NCBI GenBank assembly: GCA_965261085.1
Contig: OZ253442.1
Coordinates: forward strand, 3,584,001-3,648,000
Direction of reading: 5' to 3'
Length of the DNA: 64,000 nt
Source: a bacterium
GTDB lineage: Bacteria; UBA8248
The notes below the pieces were generated by a model that was not told the DNA's origin, made no database searches, and saw only the letters and a program-made list of their open reading frames with translations. Below, one piece after another: positions 1 to 8,858 of the stretch (the first letter of the stretch is position 1; every line of letters begins with the position of its first letter). Both the position numbers and the translations under genes were made by a program.

Positions 1-3
1 ATC

Positions 4-900
4 ATGCAAAGAGAAGAAACCATCGGCTTCATCGGCCTGGGCCTCATGGGCCGGGCGTTTTCCAAAAATCTGATCGAAGACGGCTACCGCCTCGTGGGGA
101 CGGACCCGGTTCCGGCGGCGCAGGATGAATTCAAGGCTCTGGGCGGTGCGCCGCTCCCCTCACCCAAAGACGTGGCCGAGGCGGCTGATTTCGTCTTCAT
201 CTCGGTGCCCAACTCGAAAATATCGCTGGGATGCGCGACGGGTACGGATGGATATTTGTCCGCCAATCCTGCGAAAAAGCCTAAAACCGTCATCGACACC
301 ACCACCTCGGACCCAGACGACACGCGCGAGATGGCGCGGCTGTGCGCTGCGCGCGGGTTCGACTTCATGGAGGCGTGCGTGAGCGGCAACAGTGAAAACG
401 TGAAAAACCGGGTGGGCCTTTTTCTCGTGGGCGGGGAGGAGCGAACGCACGGCATGGTGAAAGACATGCTCGGCCGCCTGCTTTCGGATCAGATCCACTG
501 CGGGGCGGCGGGCGCAGGCGCGACGATGAAGGTGCTCATCAACTACCTCACCTGCCTGCAGCGGTGCTCCATCGCCGAGACGCTCAGGATGGGCCTGAGA
601 GCGGGGGTGAAAGGAGAATTGATGCTCGACGCCTTCATGCGAAGCGCCGCCGACAGCAGGCAGCTCAGAAACCGCGGCCCCCGGATGATAAGCGGAGACT
701 TTTCGAATCCCGTGAGCACGCTCGACGTGCTGACGAAAGACATCAAGCTCGGCCTCGCCTTAGGCCAAAGCGTAAACGCCAATATGCCCCTGGGCGAGCT
801 TTGCGCCCCCTTTTTCACCGAAGGACAGGAACTGGGCTTCGGCGCCCTCGACAGCGCAGCCGTCTACAAGGTGTTCGAGGCGAGGGAGGGAGGTGATTGA
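4..900 (+). CDS. NAD(P)-dependent oxidoreductase, 3-hydroxyisobutyrate/6-phosphogluconate dehydrogenase family
   Basis: N-terminal GFIGLGLMG Rossmann motif; VSG motif; catalytic K in MKVLIN; C-terminal KD motif. Confidence 0.85.
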   Translation: MQREETIGFIGLGLMGRAFSKNLIEDGYRLVGTDPVPAAQDEFKALGGAPLPSPKDVAEAADFVFISVPNSKISLGCATGTDGYLSANPAKKPKTVIDTTTSDPDDTREMARLCAARGFDFMEACVSGNSENVKNRVGLFLVGGEERTHGMVKDMLGRLLSDQIHCGAAGAGATMKVLINYLTCLQRCSIAETLRMGLRAGVKGELMLDAFMRSAADSRQLRNRGPRMISGDFSNPVSTLDVLTKDIKLGLALGQSVNANMPLGELCAPFFTEGQELGFGALDSAAVYKVFEAREGGD

Positions 901-944
901 AAGTGCTGTTGTAGGAGGGATTGCTCGGGTGCGGATACAAACAA

Positions 945-1010
945 CGGGCGGACACATGCGAACTTCCCTTTCTCAGGAAAGTTCGACACCCCTGCGGGGA
1001 GAGCGGCCCG
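945..1010 (+). repeat. 66-bp direct repeat copy A (GTAG-REP variant with internal hairpin)
   Basis: Matches 2985-3050 with 2 mismatches; a related copy lies at 39509-39561 on the minus strand. Confidence 0.95.
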
Positions 1011-1031
1011 AGAAGGGGTTCGTCCCTACGA

Positions 1032-1739
1032 CTATTCGTCATTTCCTCCCGGTGGTCCCGTTCCGAGTTTCTCCAGCCGCTCAACCCACGCATTAAAGTG
1101 AGGACATTTGGAGCGGATGTTCTCCAGACCAATCAGTTCGGCCATCTGTGAGCCGTTTGTCGGCTTCGAGTCTTCATATTCGGGAAATTGATCGCTAATT
1201 CGCTTCGATGGAGCCGAATGTTGGCCGTCGTCGATCAGTTCCGGGGACTGGACTTTATCGGCTATTTTCTGCAAAGCGGAGATTTTGGAATCCGCATTAT
1301 CAAAGAAGGAAGCGAACCGGGATACATCGGAAAACAAATAAGCCTCGAATTCATGCAACTGAATGAAAGGGATGAAGCGACTATTGCCGGTCTCATCAAG
1401 CCAGGACTTTTCGAGAGCCTCCACACGCTTATATGGGTCGTGGCGTAATTTTTCAGCCTCCTCAATGCCGGGGAAATTCGCATGTAGGGCGTAAAGATCT
1501 ATCATGGTGGTGAAAAACACGTGATTGCCCGACTCCTGTTTGAGTCGGCGGTTGATGTCCTTCTGCATTGCCGTGAAGTTTCTTCCGCCCCCTCGGTTAA
1601 CTCCGCCTTTCTTTCTAGCGTGCGCAATCAGAACCGGTTTGTGCATGAAGACATCGAAAGTAGCCAGATGCGGCTTCAAGACCGTATCGGCGAATGTTTG
1701 TTCTGTTTGACCTTCGGCGAAGAGATGGAGCCGAACCAT
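1032..1739 (-). CDS. DUF4276 family protein (TOPRIM-like partner of the AAA ATPase)
   Basis: Start MVRLHLFAEGQTE overlaps the ATPase stop (TGATG); EG-x-TE, HEFEA and PSKRI motifs. Confidence 0.8.
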   Translation of the reverse strand: MVRLHLFAEGQTEQTFADTVLKPHLATFDVFMHKPVLIAHARKKGGVNRGGGRNFTAMQKDINRRLKQESGNHVFFTTMIDLYALHANFPGIEEAEKLRHDPYKRVEALEKSWLDETGNSRFIPFIQLHEFEAYLFSDVSRFASFFDNADSKISALQKIADKVQSPELIDDGQHSAPSKRISDQFPEYEDSKPTNGSQMAELIGLENIRSKCPHFNAWVERLEKLGTGPPGGNDE

Positions 1740-2839
1740 CAGTGCGGCCCCGCACCGAGGATATTTTTCTCCCAGATTTCCCCGAGCGAGTAGTCCTCCA
1801 GCCATGCGTCGAGCTTTTCGGTTTCCGGTCTGTCGAACGTCGTCGCTTCCTTATTTCGCTCGACGACCACGATATCCTCCGGCTCGAAACTATCGAGAAA
1901 CGCGCTGGACTGCGTGCTGACGAGAACCTGTGTATGCTGACTTGCGGCGCGAAACAACGAGGCAATAATATTGAGCGCATAGGGGTGTAATCCCAGTTCC
2001 GGTTCATCCACCACTATGAGTATTGGAAGGTCCTCCTTGGGTTGCGACAGAAGCGAAATCAGGCAAATGGCCCGCAGCGTACCGTCCGAGAGTTGATGGG
2101 GTCCAAAAACGAGATCGGATTCGCAATGCCGCCAATTGAGAATGATGTCCTTGGAATCAGTCGGCTCCAGATCGAAATCCTCGAAGAACGGCGCCACCTG
2201 TCGAATCGTCCTCACGATCCGGTGATATACTGTTTCTTTGTAAGACTTCAGTTTATGGAGTATCGCCGCTAAATTCGCCGCGTCGGGCATGAGCCAGCGA
2301 TTATCGCTAACGTAACAATACTGCCGGACTCTCGATGTCGGTGATGTATCGTGAAAGTGATAGACGCGACAGCCATTCAGCAAATACCTGAGCGTTTTCG
2401 CCGCGGGATCGTCCTTGTAAGCATCGTCTCCAATCCGCGTTTCCTGATGAGCCGCCCCCAGCGATACGAATTTTGGGCTGGGATAGCCTTTTTGCTGGAA
2501 GGAAAGTATCTCTTCGGCAAAAATCAACGAATCACCGGCAGCATGGAACAACCTCATTCGATAGGTGTCGGTTCCATTCTCCACCTCGAACAACATTTCC
2601 GCTTCCAATTGGGGGGTTACCTTGGGGCCAAAGTGCAAATTGGCCGTGGCTCGCCCCGTCGCCCCGATATGTTTCTGAAGCCGTCCGCCCATGAGCTCGC
2701 TCACCAGCTTGAAAAAAGCAATGAAGTTGCTCTTGCCGGCCCCATTGGCGCCGATTAGAACATTGAGCGGTCGGAGTTCCAGCGTCATCTCTTTGATAGA
2801 CCGAAAGCCCTCGAGCTTGATTCTTTTCAATTTTGACAT
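1739..2839 (-). CDS. AAA_21/AAA_15 (ABC-type) ATPase, putative defence ATPase
   Basis: Walker A GANGAGKS, signature LSDGT, Walker B VVDEPELGLHP; translationally coupled to DUF4276. Confidence 0.9.
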   Translation of the reverse strand: MSKLKRIKLEGFRSIKEMTLELRPLNVLIGANGAGKSNFIAFFKLVSELMGGRLQKHIGATGRATANLHFGPKVTPQLEAEMLFEVENGTDTYRMRLFHAAGDSLIFAEEILSFQQKGYPSPKFVSLGAAHQETRIGDDAYKDDPAAKTLRYLLNGCRVYHFHDTSPTSRVRQYCYVSDNRWLMPDAANLAAILHKLKSYKETVYHRIVRTIRQVAPFFEDFDLEPTDSKDIILNWRHCESDLVFGPHQLSDGTLRAICLISLLSQPKEDLPILIVVDEPELGLHPYALNIIASLFRAASQHTQVLVSTQSSAFLDSFEPEDIVVVERNKEATTFDRPETEKLDAWLEDYSLGEIWEKNILGAGPH

Positions 2840-2984
2840 ATTCGTTTTTCCTTACTCATCCTGAATAACGCGCATCATACCACGCCCAACACGCACAGTT
2901 ATGGTTTCGCCCATCAAGAGGCGATGCGCAAGAGAGAATCTTCTTGAGATAAGAAAAAAGGATCGCCTTGCTAATCAAACCCAT

Positions 2985-3050
2985 CGGGCGGACACATGCG
3001 AACTTCCCTTTCTCAGGAAAGTTCGACACCCCTACGGGGAGAACGGCCCG
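2985..3050 (+). repeat. 66-bp direct repeat copy B
   Basis: Matches 945-1010 at an offset of 2040 bp. Confidence 0.95.
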
Positions 3051-3259
3051 GAGCAGTCATTCCGCGGCGGTTTTACACGGAATCCAGAACCGATGCGGGG
3101 GAGATATGACGGCATTTCATTTCCTCGACCATTGGCCGGCATGACGGTAACAAACAAAGGACGAATTCCCTGTATTCCGGCAATCCCTCTCTCCCCGGTC
3201 GGCAGGCGAAGCAGCCCCTCCTTCACCAGTCGGGGCTGAGTTCCCCGCTCGGGTTTGGC

Positions 3260-3732
3260 AACGCATTTCCCCGCATTTGCGACGCCCGTGAAATTTCCGG
3301 ATTCCGGTATCGTGCGCGTGGCACAGGGCGAAGGATGCCCCGCATTGGCCGGATTTGGCCTGTAAGGGGGGAGTGATGTTGAAAACCGCGTTTTCCGTAA
3401 GGGCCGTTCGAAAGCAGTCCCTAAAGCATGTTGTCCCGTCTGATCCGAAGGGGCGAACTCTCGCTCGGGTTCGGCTGAAGGAGGGACATGCTCATGGACC
3501 CGGCAATCACAAGAAAATGAAGATAATCCAATTTTCGATAAATATCGATAAATTCACGGTGTTTTTCGATAAATTCCTGAAAATGATACCGATGTAAAAA
3601 ATATGATAATGTATATTATTTCAATTAGTTGCGATATATATCTAATGTATGAAATAAATATTTTATCGAAATTTATCGAATAAAAAAGTTTTTTAGGTTC
3701 CCCGCATTTTCCCACATTTCCCCGCATTTGCG
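3260..3732 (+). repeat. AT-core non-coding repeat element, copy 1
   Basis: CCCGCATTT repeats at both ends; TCGATAAAT x3; IHF-like TTTCAATTAGTTG at 3619-3631; inverted TTTATCGAA x2; homologous to 36690-36960 and 39176-41320. Confidence 0.85.
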
Positions 3733-3892
3733 CACCGAGCACGGCAGGCTCCCAGAGAAGCCCGAACCCCACGCCCCGGGCGGGATAGACGACCCGGAAG
3801 CCTCTCGCGCGTTCCAGCGCGGCGGTTTCGTTCATGGGCCGAACGTGGTATATTCGAGGCTCATCCACACTGCCTTTGGAGACGCGCCATAT

Positions 3893-6694
3893 ATGGAGAC
3901 GAATCCTCAGGAAATCGGGGAAGTACCGGTAGGAGAGAACGGTTCATCCCTAGCTACCAACGGGATGAACCAGGACGACTCCGGCGATTCGAAGTATCTG
4001 CCCGATTCGGGGAGCACGTCCGTTTCCGAGGATGAAACAGAACTCGACAAGATAGAAACCGACGAGTGGCTCGAATCGCTCGACTACGTCTTACAAACCA
4101 GGGGTCCCGAGCGGACGAAGACCCTCCTTCGCCATTTGCAGGTTCGCGCCGTGCGCGCGGGCGTCGTTCGTCCCTTTTCGGCGAACACCCCGTATATCAA
4201 CACTATCCCCCTGGAAAAGCAGCCCCCATTCCCCGGAGATCGGGGGATCGAGCGGCGGATCAAGAGCCTCGTTCGCTGGAACGCGATGGCCATGGTGGTG
4301 CGCGCCAATGTGGAGGACGCCTCCATCGGCGGGCATATCTCCACCTTCGCCTCGGCCGCCACGCTGCTGGAAATCGGGTTCAACCACTTCTTCCGGGGGA
4401 AAAACCACCCGTGCGGCGGCGACCTCATCTACTTCCAGGGCCACAGCGCGCCCGGCATCTATGCGCGGGCATTCCTGGAGGGGCGCCTGACGGAGAAAAA
4501 CCTCGAAAACTTCAGGCGGGAACTCAAAGACGGAGGCGGGCTCTCCTCATACCCCCACCCCTGGCTGATGCCCGATTTCTGGGAATTTCCCACCGTATCG
4601 ATGGGACTCTCCTCCCTGATGGCGATATATCAGGCGCGCTACCTGCACTACCTGGAAGACCGCGGCCTCAAGCCGGCGACGGGCCAGAAGGTATGGGCTT
4701 TCCTCGGCGACGGCGAGATGGATGAACCCGAATCCCTGGGCGCCATCACCCTCGCCGCGCGGGAAAAACTCGACAATCTGGTTTTCGTCATCAACTGCAA
4801 CTTGCAGCGTCTCGACGGGCCGGTTCGGGGCAACGGCAAAATCATTCAGGAACTCGAGGCCGCATTCCGGGGCGCGAGGTGGAACGTCATCAAGGTCATC
4901 TGGGGGGATGATTGGGACCCCCTCGTGGCGATCGACGATGAGGGTGCGCTGCTCGAGCGAATGAACGAGACGGTGGATGGCCAATACCAGAAATACAGCG
5001 TCGAGAAAATCAAAGAGGGCGGCTACCTGCGGGAGCATTTCTTCGGCGGCGATGAGCGATTAAAGGCAATGGCCGACACCCTCTCCGACCATCAACTCAA
5101 CAGAATGCGGCGCGGGGGACATGACCCCGAAAAAGTGTTCGCCGCCTACCAGGCCGCCATGGAATGCGAGGGGCGTCCCACGGTCATTCTCGCCAAGACG
5201 GTGAAAGGATACGGCCTGGGCGAGGGGGGCGAGGGCAGGAACGTCACCCACCAGCAGAAAAAACTCAACCAGGATGAACTCCAGGAGTTCCGGACGCGCT
5301 TCGAGATTCCCATGTCCGACGAAGAAGTGGCCGAGGCGCCGTTTTACCGGCCGCCGGAAGATAGCCCCGAAATCAAATACCTGAAAGCAAAGCGAGAAGG
5401 GCTCGGCGGGTATGTCCCCACCCGGCGGAGCGTGTCCACGCCCCTCAAGCCGCCGCCTAACGCCTTGTTCGAGGAGTTCCTGCAAGGCACGGACGGGCGT
5501 GAAGTCTCCACGACGATGGTGTTCGTCAGAATCCTGAACAAACTGCTCCGCGACGAGGCGTTGGGCAAGCTCATCGTTCCCATCGTGCCCGATGAGGCCA
5601 GGACGTTCGGCATGGAAGCCCTTTTCCGGCAAGTGGGAATCTACTCCCACTCCGGTCAGTTGTATGAGCCCGTCGACCGCGACAGCCTTCTATATTACAA
5701 AGAAGCGCAAGACGGACAGATTCTCGAAGAAGGAATCACCGAAGCGGGTTCCATGGCCTCATTCATCGCCGCCGGAACCGCTTACTCTACACATGGGGTG
5801 AACACCATCCCGTTCTATATCTACTATTCGATGTTCGGCTTCCAGCGCATCGGCGATCTCATATGGGCCGCGGCGGACATGTGCGCGCGGGGCTTTCTGA
5901 TCGGGGGAACGGCCGGCAGAACCACCCTGAATGGGGAAGGACTTCAGCATCAGGACGGCAACAGCCATCATCTCGCATATCCCGTCCCCAATCTGCTCAC
6001 ATACGACCCGGCTTTCGCCTTCGAGATGGCGGTGATCATTCAGGACGGGATTCGCCGAATGTATCAGGAGCAGGAGAAAATATTCTACTACCTCACCTCC
6101 TACAACGAGAACTACGCCATGCCGCCTATGCCGGAGGGAGCGCAGGACGGGATATTGAAAGGCATGTATCTCTTCAGGCGATCGGAGATAGACTCGGGCC
6201 TCAAAGCGCAGTTATTGGGCAGCGGCACCATCATGAACGAGGTGCTCAAGGCGCAGGAGATGTTGGAGAAACGCTATTCGATTTCCGCGGACGTCTGGAG
6301 CGTCACGAGCTACAAGGAACTCAGGCGAGACGCTCTCGAAGTTGAGCGATGGAACATGCTGCATCCGGATTCTGCGCCGAAAACTCCTTACGTGACGCAA
6401 TCCCTCGCGCCCGCGCCCGGCGTTTGCGTGGCGGCTTCGGACTATGTGAAAGCCACGCCCGATTCGATATCGAAGTGGGTGCCAAAACCCATGATTTCGT
6501 TAGGAACCGAGGGATTCGGAAGAAGCGAGTCGAGAGCATCCCTGAGAGATTTCTTTGAAATCGACGCGCGCTATATCGTGCTCGCCACCTTGTATAGCCT
6601 GGCGCGCGATAAGAAGATATACCCCGAACTCGTGAACAAGGCGATGAAAGACCTGGATATCGACCCCGATAAAACCAACCCGATGATTTCCTAA
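3893..6694 (+). CDS. aceE: Pyruvate dehydrogenase E1 component, homodimeric type
   Basis: GGHISTFAS, FPTVSMG, ThDP motif GDGEMDEPES...NCNLQRLDGP, GEGLQH; exact start uncertain. Confidence 0.97.
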   Translation: METNPQEIGEVPVGENGSSLATNGMNQDDSGDSKYLPDSGSTSVSEDETELDKIETDEWLESLDYVLQTRGPERTKTLLRHLQVRAVRAGVVRPFSANTPYINTIPLEKQPPFPGDRGIERRIKSLVRWNAMAMVVRANVEDASIGGHISTFASAATLLEIGFNHFFRGKNHPCGGDLIYFQGHSAPGIYARAFLEGRLTEKNLENFRRELKDGGGLSSYPHPWLMPDFWEFPTVSMGLSSLMAIYQARYLHYLEDRGLKPATGQKVWAFLGDGEMDEPESLGAITLAAREKLDNLVFVINCNLQRLDGPVRGNGKIIQELEAAFRGARWNVIKVIWGDDWDPLVAIDDEGALLERMNETVDGQYQKYSVEKIKEGGYLREHFFGGDERLKAMADTLSDHQLNRMRRGGHDPEKVFAAYQAAMECEGRPTVILAKTVKGYGLGEGGEGRNVTHQQKKLNQDELQEFRTRFEIPMSDEEVAEAPFYRPPEDSPEIKYLKAKREGLGGYVPTRRSVSTPLKPPPNALFEEFLQGTDGREVSTTMVFVRILNKLLRDEALGKLIVPIVPDEARTFGMEALFRQVGIYSHSGQLYEPVDRDSLLYYKEAQDGQILEEGITEAGSMASFIAAGTAYSTHGVNTIPFYIYYSMFGFQRIGDLIWAAADMCARGFLIGGTAGRTTLNGEGLQHQDGNSHHLAYPVPNLLTYDPAFAFEMAVIIQDGIRRMYQEQEKIFYYLTSYNENYAMPPMPEGAQDGILKGMYLFRRSEIDSGLKAQLLGSGTIMNEVLKAQEMLEKRYSISADVWSVTSYKELRRDALEVERWNMLHPDSAPKTPYVTQSLAPAPGVCVAASDYVKATPDSISKWVPKPMISLGTEGFGRSESRASLRDFFEIDARYIVLATLYSLARDKKIYPELVNKAMKDLDIDPDKTNPMIS

Positions 6695-6715
6695 TACAAA
6701 TCCCGAGGGAGTTCC

Positions 6716-8110
6716 ATGACCATTGAACTCAAACTCCCCGAACTCGGGGAAAACATCACGTCCGGAAAAGTGATCGCCGTTTTGGTGAACGTGGGAGAAA
6801 CTATAGCGGTGGATCAGTCGGTTATTGAAGTGGAAACCGACAAAGCGCTCATCGAAGTCCCCTCGTCCGTCGGGGGCAAGATAACGGAAATTCATCTCAA
6901 ACCCGGCGACGACGCCGAGGTGGGGAAAACCATTCTCGTCATCGAAGAAAGCGATGCTGGCATGGAGTCCACTTTGTCTGAGGAGATTTTCGAGGAAATC
7001 TCCTCAGACACCGGTAAGCCGATAGAACAGGAAGAAACTCAACCCATGCTGATAGATGAATCCCCCTCTCCCTCAGAGACAAAAGTCGAAGATGCCGTCA
7101 CGCCGGAGTCCGCGCCTACTAGCTATTCGCTGGAATCCACCGAGGCGCCTGCGCCGGAGACTTCCGAAACTCCCGTGCCGAAGAGTAGAAAAGAACCCGC
7201 GCCCGCGGCCCCCTCGGTACGCAGAATCGCTCGTGAGGCGGGCGTCGACATAAGTGATGTGCCCGGCAGCGGAATTGGAGGCAGAATATCCGCGCAAGAC
7301 GTCAGGGAATTCGTGGTGGCTCAAGGAGGCGCCGCCGTACCGGATGCGCCTGCTCCCGCGCTGATGAGCGTACCCGTTCAACTGCCCGACCTAGCCCGCT
7401 GGGGCGGGATTGAACGCAAGCCGATGTCGGGAATCCGCCGTGCGACGTCCGTGAACCTCGCTCGCGCGTGGACGACCATCCCCCATGTGACTCAGTGCGA
7501 AAAAGCAGATATTTCCGAACTCGACGCCTTAAGAAGAAAATTCGCTCCGAAAGCGGAGGATGCGGGCGGCAAACTCACCATCACCGCCATTCTCATAAAA
7601 GTCATCGCCTCGTCCCTCAAAGTCTTCCCCCAATTCAACGCTAGCGTAGATACGGCTACGAATGAGATCGTCTACAAGAACTATATCCATGTGGGCGTTG
7701 CCGTGGATACCGAAAATGGTTTGCTCGTTCCGGTGATTCGCGATGCGGACAAGAAAAACATCATCGAGCTGTCGGTGGAATTGGGCGAAGCGGCGGAGCG
7801 CGCCCGCTCCCGAAAACTCGCTCCCGACGACATGCAGGGCGGCTGCATGACCATCACGAACCTCGGCGGCTTTGGCGGCACATATTTCACCCCGATAGTG
7901 AACTGGCCCGAAGTCGCCATTCTCGGCGTTTCCCGGGCGCGCATGGAACCGGTTTGGTCGAAAACCGAGGAGAAGTTCGAGCCGCGCCTGATGCTCCCGC
8001 TCATGGTTTCTTATGATCACCGCGTCATCGACGGGGCGAATGGCGTCAAATTCCTGAGGTGGGTGGCCGACGCGCTGGAAGAACCCATACTCATGAGCCT
8101 CGAGGGTTGA
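6716..8110 (+). CDS. aceF: Dihydrolipoamide acetyltransferase (PDH E2), single lipoyl domain
   Basis: ETDKA lipoyl motif; E3-binding domain PSVRRIARE..GSG..GRI; YDHRVIDG catalytic motif; follows aceE. Confidence 0.93.
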   Translation: MTIELKLPELGENITSGKVIAVLVNVGETIAVDQSVIEVETDKALIEVPSSVGGKITEIHLKPGDDAEVGKTILVIEESDAGMESTLSEEIFEEISSDTGKPIEQEETQPMLIDESPSPSETKVEDAVTPESAPTSYSLESTEAPAPETSETPVPKSRKEPAPAAPSVRRIAREAGVDISDVPGSGIGGRISAQDVREFVVAQGGAAVPDAPAPALMSVPVQLPDLARWGGIERKPMSGIRRATSVNLARAWTTIPHVTQCEKADISELDALRRKFAPKAEDAGGKLTITAILIKVIASSLKVFPQFNASVDTATNEIVYKNYIHVGVAVDTENGLLVPVIRDADKKNIIELSVELGEAAERARSRKLAPDDMQGGCMTITNLGGFGGTYFTPIVNWPEVAILGVSRARMEPVWSKTEEKFEPRLMLPLMVSYDHRVIDGANGVKFLRWVADALEEPILMSLEG

Positions 8111-8259
8111 AAAAGCCTTGCAGGGACGTGATGCAGGCGCCTTATTGGACATAACGGGGAAAGCCATCTCCAGAACTCCAGATTAAGCGCTTCCGCACAT
8201 CATCCAATTAAACCTTTTGGAGTATTCCAGGGGGCTTTGGGTTCTCCTCGACTTATCCT

Positions 8260-8853
8260 TTGGATGTGTTATCGATGGCGAATCTTGTGGGTGATTGGAA
8301 TTTTTTGCAATACTGGTGGTGGAAACCCTACATCAAGCCCCTTATCGGTCTGGCCTGGTTTGCGGGCGTCATCGCGCTCGGAGCAATCATCTTCTTCGCC
8401 ATCATGGGAAGCGCCAGGCTCTCCGAGTACAGAGAAGCCCTCTTCCCCCCCAAGGAACCCGAGATTCCCGAGGACGAAGCGGCGCTCGTCGAATTCATGG
8501 AGTCTTTCTTCCCGGAAGCGTCGGAAGAGGAAATCATCCTGATGGAACAAATCCTCGACGACGTCATGAAGGAGGATATCCATCCGCAAATGGCGCGTGA
8601 AATCGAAGAGCGGGGTATCCCCATCCGGCTGTTGATGCTCCCGCCACCCGAAATCGTCCGCGCGGTGGGGAGCTACCCCGTAGCCGTGTGGATTCCCCGC
8701 CTGAATGCGATAGAGATCTACGCATCGGTCGTCAAAAGCGAGTGCCGGCGAGACCCGAGACGCTACAGAGAGAAGATGGGCGATTTACTGCTGCATGAAA
8801 TCGGCCACGCCCTGGGTCTGGATGAACCGAAAATCAAGGATTTCGGCGTTTAG
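8260..8853 (+). CDS. Membrane-anchored minimal zincin-like metallopeptidase
   Basis: N-terminal hydrophobic helix; C-terminal LLHEIGHALG (HExxH). Confidence 0.7.
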   Translation: MDVLSMANLVGDWNFLQYWWWKPYIKPLIGLAWFAGVIALGAIIFFAIMGSARLSEYREALFPPKEPEIPEDEAALVEFMESFFPEASEEEIILMEQILDDVMKEDIHPQMAREIEERGIPIRLLMLPPPEIVRAVGSYPVAVWIPRLNAIEIYASVVKSECRRDPRRYREKMGDLLLHEIGHALGLDEPKIKDFGV

Positions 8854-8858
8854 CGACT

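Noticed and set aside
3728-3892. N-terminal extensions in the ORF track (aceE; also asparaginase from 35244 and the ABC ATPase from 58289)
   Set aside because: They run through repeats or upstream genes; downstream starts fit family N-termini better
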